Positions 53,921 to 55,863 of a stretch of 55,863 nt of DNA are shown here, in pieces. Numbering within the stretch: the first letter of the stretch is position 1; every line of letters begins with the position of its first letter. The DNA comes from an uncultured virus (IMG/VR IMGVR_UViG_3300037507_003964) (lineage: Duplodnaviria > Heunggongvirae > Uroviricota > Caudoviricetes), in the IMG/VR virus record IMGVR_UViG_3300037507_003964. One strand, 5' to 3'. The notes under the pieces are model-generated. The model ran no database searches, was not told where the DNA came from, and saw only the letters and a program-made list of their open reading frames with translations. Made by a program: the position numbers and the translations under genes.

Positions 53921-55216
53921 TTACATGAGATTCAGAACACCAGTCTTACGATAATACTGGTTACGTCCCGAAGTAAAGTTGTCACCGTCAGCAGCAGATG
54001 AAGCTGAGTTGATTGTGACATAGGGGTTAGCAATCATACCATAACGTGTCTTGAAGCCAATCTTTGGCTGGAAGGTGTTAGGATCGACTGCACGAACCAT
54101 CTGAAGAGGAACATATGGGCAGTAGAAAAGACCTGCATCATATGGGCTTGCACCTTTGTATCCAACAACATAGAACTGATACTGAGCGCCAAGGTTTGCT
54201 GAATATGGATCAACATAGACACGGAAGCGTCCATTGAGGATACCAGCAAATGTGTTGCCTGTGTCATCAACATTTAGACCTGTTGAAAGAGCAGGAGCGT
54301 AATCAAGAACACCAGCCATTGCAAGTGCAGATGCAACATCTGCTGAGCAGATTACGAAGTTGCCTTTGCCTCTACGAGTATCTTGTGCAATATGGTTAGC
54401 ATCACGCTCCATATTGTATAGAAGACCCTTGAAGCGCTCAACAGACCAACGACCGTTTGAGTCAATGTCAAGGTCAAAGGTACCCGGAGTTGCTGTTGCA
54501 GGTGAACCTGTCTTTGCAACTTTATAAATGGTACGAATAACTTCACGGTTGATTTCAAACATGATTTCTTGTGAAAGGATGTTTGAAAGCTCTGACTCAG
54601 CGTCAAGACCGTGAACTGCCTTAAGGTCTTGCGCCAATTCAACAGTGTATTCTGCTTTTAGCGCACGGCTCTTTGCAGTAACTGTTGTCTTGTCGATGCT
54701 GAAAGACATCTGACCAAAGTCAAATCCGGTTGTGCCTAGCTGTTCTGCCCATGCAGTAACGTTACCGGTACCTGTTGTGTAAGATCCACTAACAGGGTTT
54801 GAACCTGTATGAGACCCTGTACCAGAGAAGTCTGTATCAGCTTCGTTGTAAAGAGCCTCAACACGACCACCTGCATTAGTACGCTCTGTGCCATAAAGTG
54901 AACGCATTGCGAAAATAAGACCTGTTGGACCAGTCATTGGCTGAACGCCAGCAACATCATACGCCATTAGGTTAGGCATAGCACGACGAACTAGACCAAT
55001 AAGAATTGGATCATACTTATCGATACCGTTGGTTGCTGCAATGTTGTTTGCAGGTGCATCTTCGAAAAGTGCGCTACGCTCTTCACGCAGTGCTTTCTCT
55101 TGGTTTTCAAGAAGAACAGCGGTAACTGCTCTCTTGTGTAAATCTTTGATTTCTGGAAGATCTGAGTGCTCAAGAATGGCGCCCCATTTCTTCTGAAGTT
55201 GTTCGGTCATATACAT
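53921..55216 (-). CDS. gp23: major capsid protein gp23
   Basis: LLENQE, GVQPMTGPTGLIFAMR, KSRALKAEYTVELAQDLKAVHGLDAE, FQPKIGFKTRYG. Confidence 0.98.
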   Translation of the reverse strand: MYMTEQLQKKWGAILEHSDLPEIKDLHKRAVTAVLLENQEKALREERSALFEDAPANNIAATNGIDKYDPILIGLVRRAMPNLMAYDVAGVQPMTGPTGLIFAMRSLYGTERTNAGGRVEALYNEADTDFSGTGSHTGSNPVSGSYTTGTGNVTAWAEQLGTTGFDFGQMSFSIDKTTVTAKSRALKAEYTVELAQDLKAVHGLDAESELSNILSQEIMFEINREVIRTIYKVAKTGSPATATPGTFDLDIDSNGRWSVERFKGLLYNMERDANHIAQDTRRGKGNFVICSADVASALAMAGVLDYAPALSTGLNVDDTGNTFAGILNGRFRVYVDPYSANLGAQYQFYVVGYKGASPYDAGLFYCPYVPLQMVRAVDPNTFQPKIGFKTRYGMIANPYVTINSASSAADGDNFTSGRNQYYRKTGVLNLM

Positions 55217-55243
55217 TAGTTATCTCCTTATGGATTATTTTTT

Positions 55244-55251
55244 TATTTATA
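55244..55251 (-). promoter_or_regulatory. T4 late promoter TATAAATA
   Basis: Exact consensus upstream of gp23. Confidence 0.8.
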
Positions 55252-55253
55252 AC

Positions 55254-55863
55254 TTATCGTACCTTGACAGCCCTTGACAAAGCCGCTGCGTACTTTGCAA
55301 TGGTGTCACCTGAGTCTTGTGTTACTGGAGCTTCTTCATTGAGAATCTGCTCCTCAGGGGATGATTTAGCGGCTCTGGGGAAGTAGTTTTCCTTAACAAC
55401 CTTCACTTTTTCGCGGAATAACTGCTCAGAATCATAAGACACACCCTCAAGTAGCTTTGTGAGCTTCTCTGCTTCTGTGTCCGCAAGATCTTCAGTCATT
55501 TCGCTTAAAACTAGTGCCTTCTTAAGGTCTGAAAGCTCTTTAGTTAGCTCAACATTTTCAGTGATAGCTGAATTGAGTTTCTCTTCAAGCTCTTCTGCCT
55601 TACCATTTAGTTCCTCAAGTACATCAACTTTATCTTCAGGAACTTCGATGTAGTGCTCTTGGAACAATGTCTTAAGACCAGTGATGAAATCTTCAGCGAT
55701 CTCAGTGCGTAGGCCTGATTCAACTTGAAGTTTGTTATCTTCCATCCACTGCTCAACCACATAGTTCATAAAGGAATCGATCTTGTCAACAAGACCTTCT
55801 GTGATATCAGCAAGCTCTTGTGTCTTTTGTTCTTCGATTTGAGAAGCAATCTTTTCCATTTCC
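55254..55863 (-). CDS. gp22: prohead core scaffold gp22 (5' partial)
   Basis: YVVEQWMEDN...GLRTEIAEDF..GLK.LF.EHYI.VP, KENYF; upstream of gp23. Confidence 0.92.
   Translation of the reverse strand, partial: EMEKIASQIEEQKTQELADITEGLVDKIDSFMNYVVEQWMEDNKLQVESGLRTEIAEDFITGLKTLFQEHYIEVPEDKVDVLEELNGKAEELEEKLNSAITENVELTKELSDLKKALVLSEMTEDLADTEAEKLTKLLEGVSYDSEQLFREKVKVVKENYFPRAAKSSPEEQILNEEAPVTQDSGDTIAKYAAALSRAVKVR

Overview
A ~56 kb segment of a large T4-like (myovirus) dsDNA phage genome, almost all on the minus strand. The host is inferred to be an aquatic Gram-negative bacterium. From right to left it contains: gp22 (partial), gp23 major capsid, gp3, a GT-A-like protein, UvsY, UvsW and gp55; an 8-gene 7-deazaguanine cluster (QueE, FolE, TGT/DpdA-like, QueF, QueC, stand-alone class II glutamine amidotransferase, QueD, YhhQ) between gp55 and gp47/gp46; peptide deformylase; a CobT/CobS-like VWA/AAA+ pair; a ~15 kb, 18-gene nucleotide-sugar/glycosyltransferase operon behind a T4 late promoter, with colitose-like and branched 3,6-dideoxysugar (yersiniose-like) signatures; gp45/44/62, RegA, an unannotated rubredoxin and Hsp20 with ROSE-like hairpins; a tRNA region with 10 intact or atypical tRNAs (including Trp and Arg near 5.6 kb), two chimeric pseudo-tRNAs, an orphan tRNA 5' half, an HNH endonuclease whose ORF runs through tRNA-Ala, and three unassigned structured RNAs; a late plus-strand envelope/lysis operon with a GH19 endolysin and spanins; and small early genes with sigma70 promoters flanked by a TGTTG-N8-CAACA palindrome. 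All calls come from motif recognition by eye; no searches or folding programs were run.
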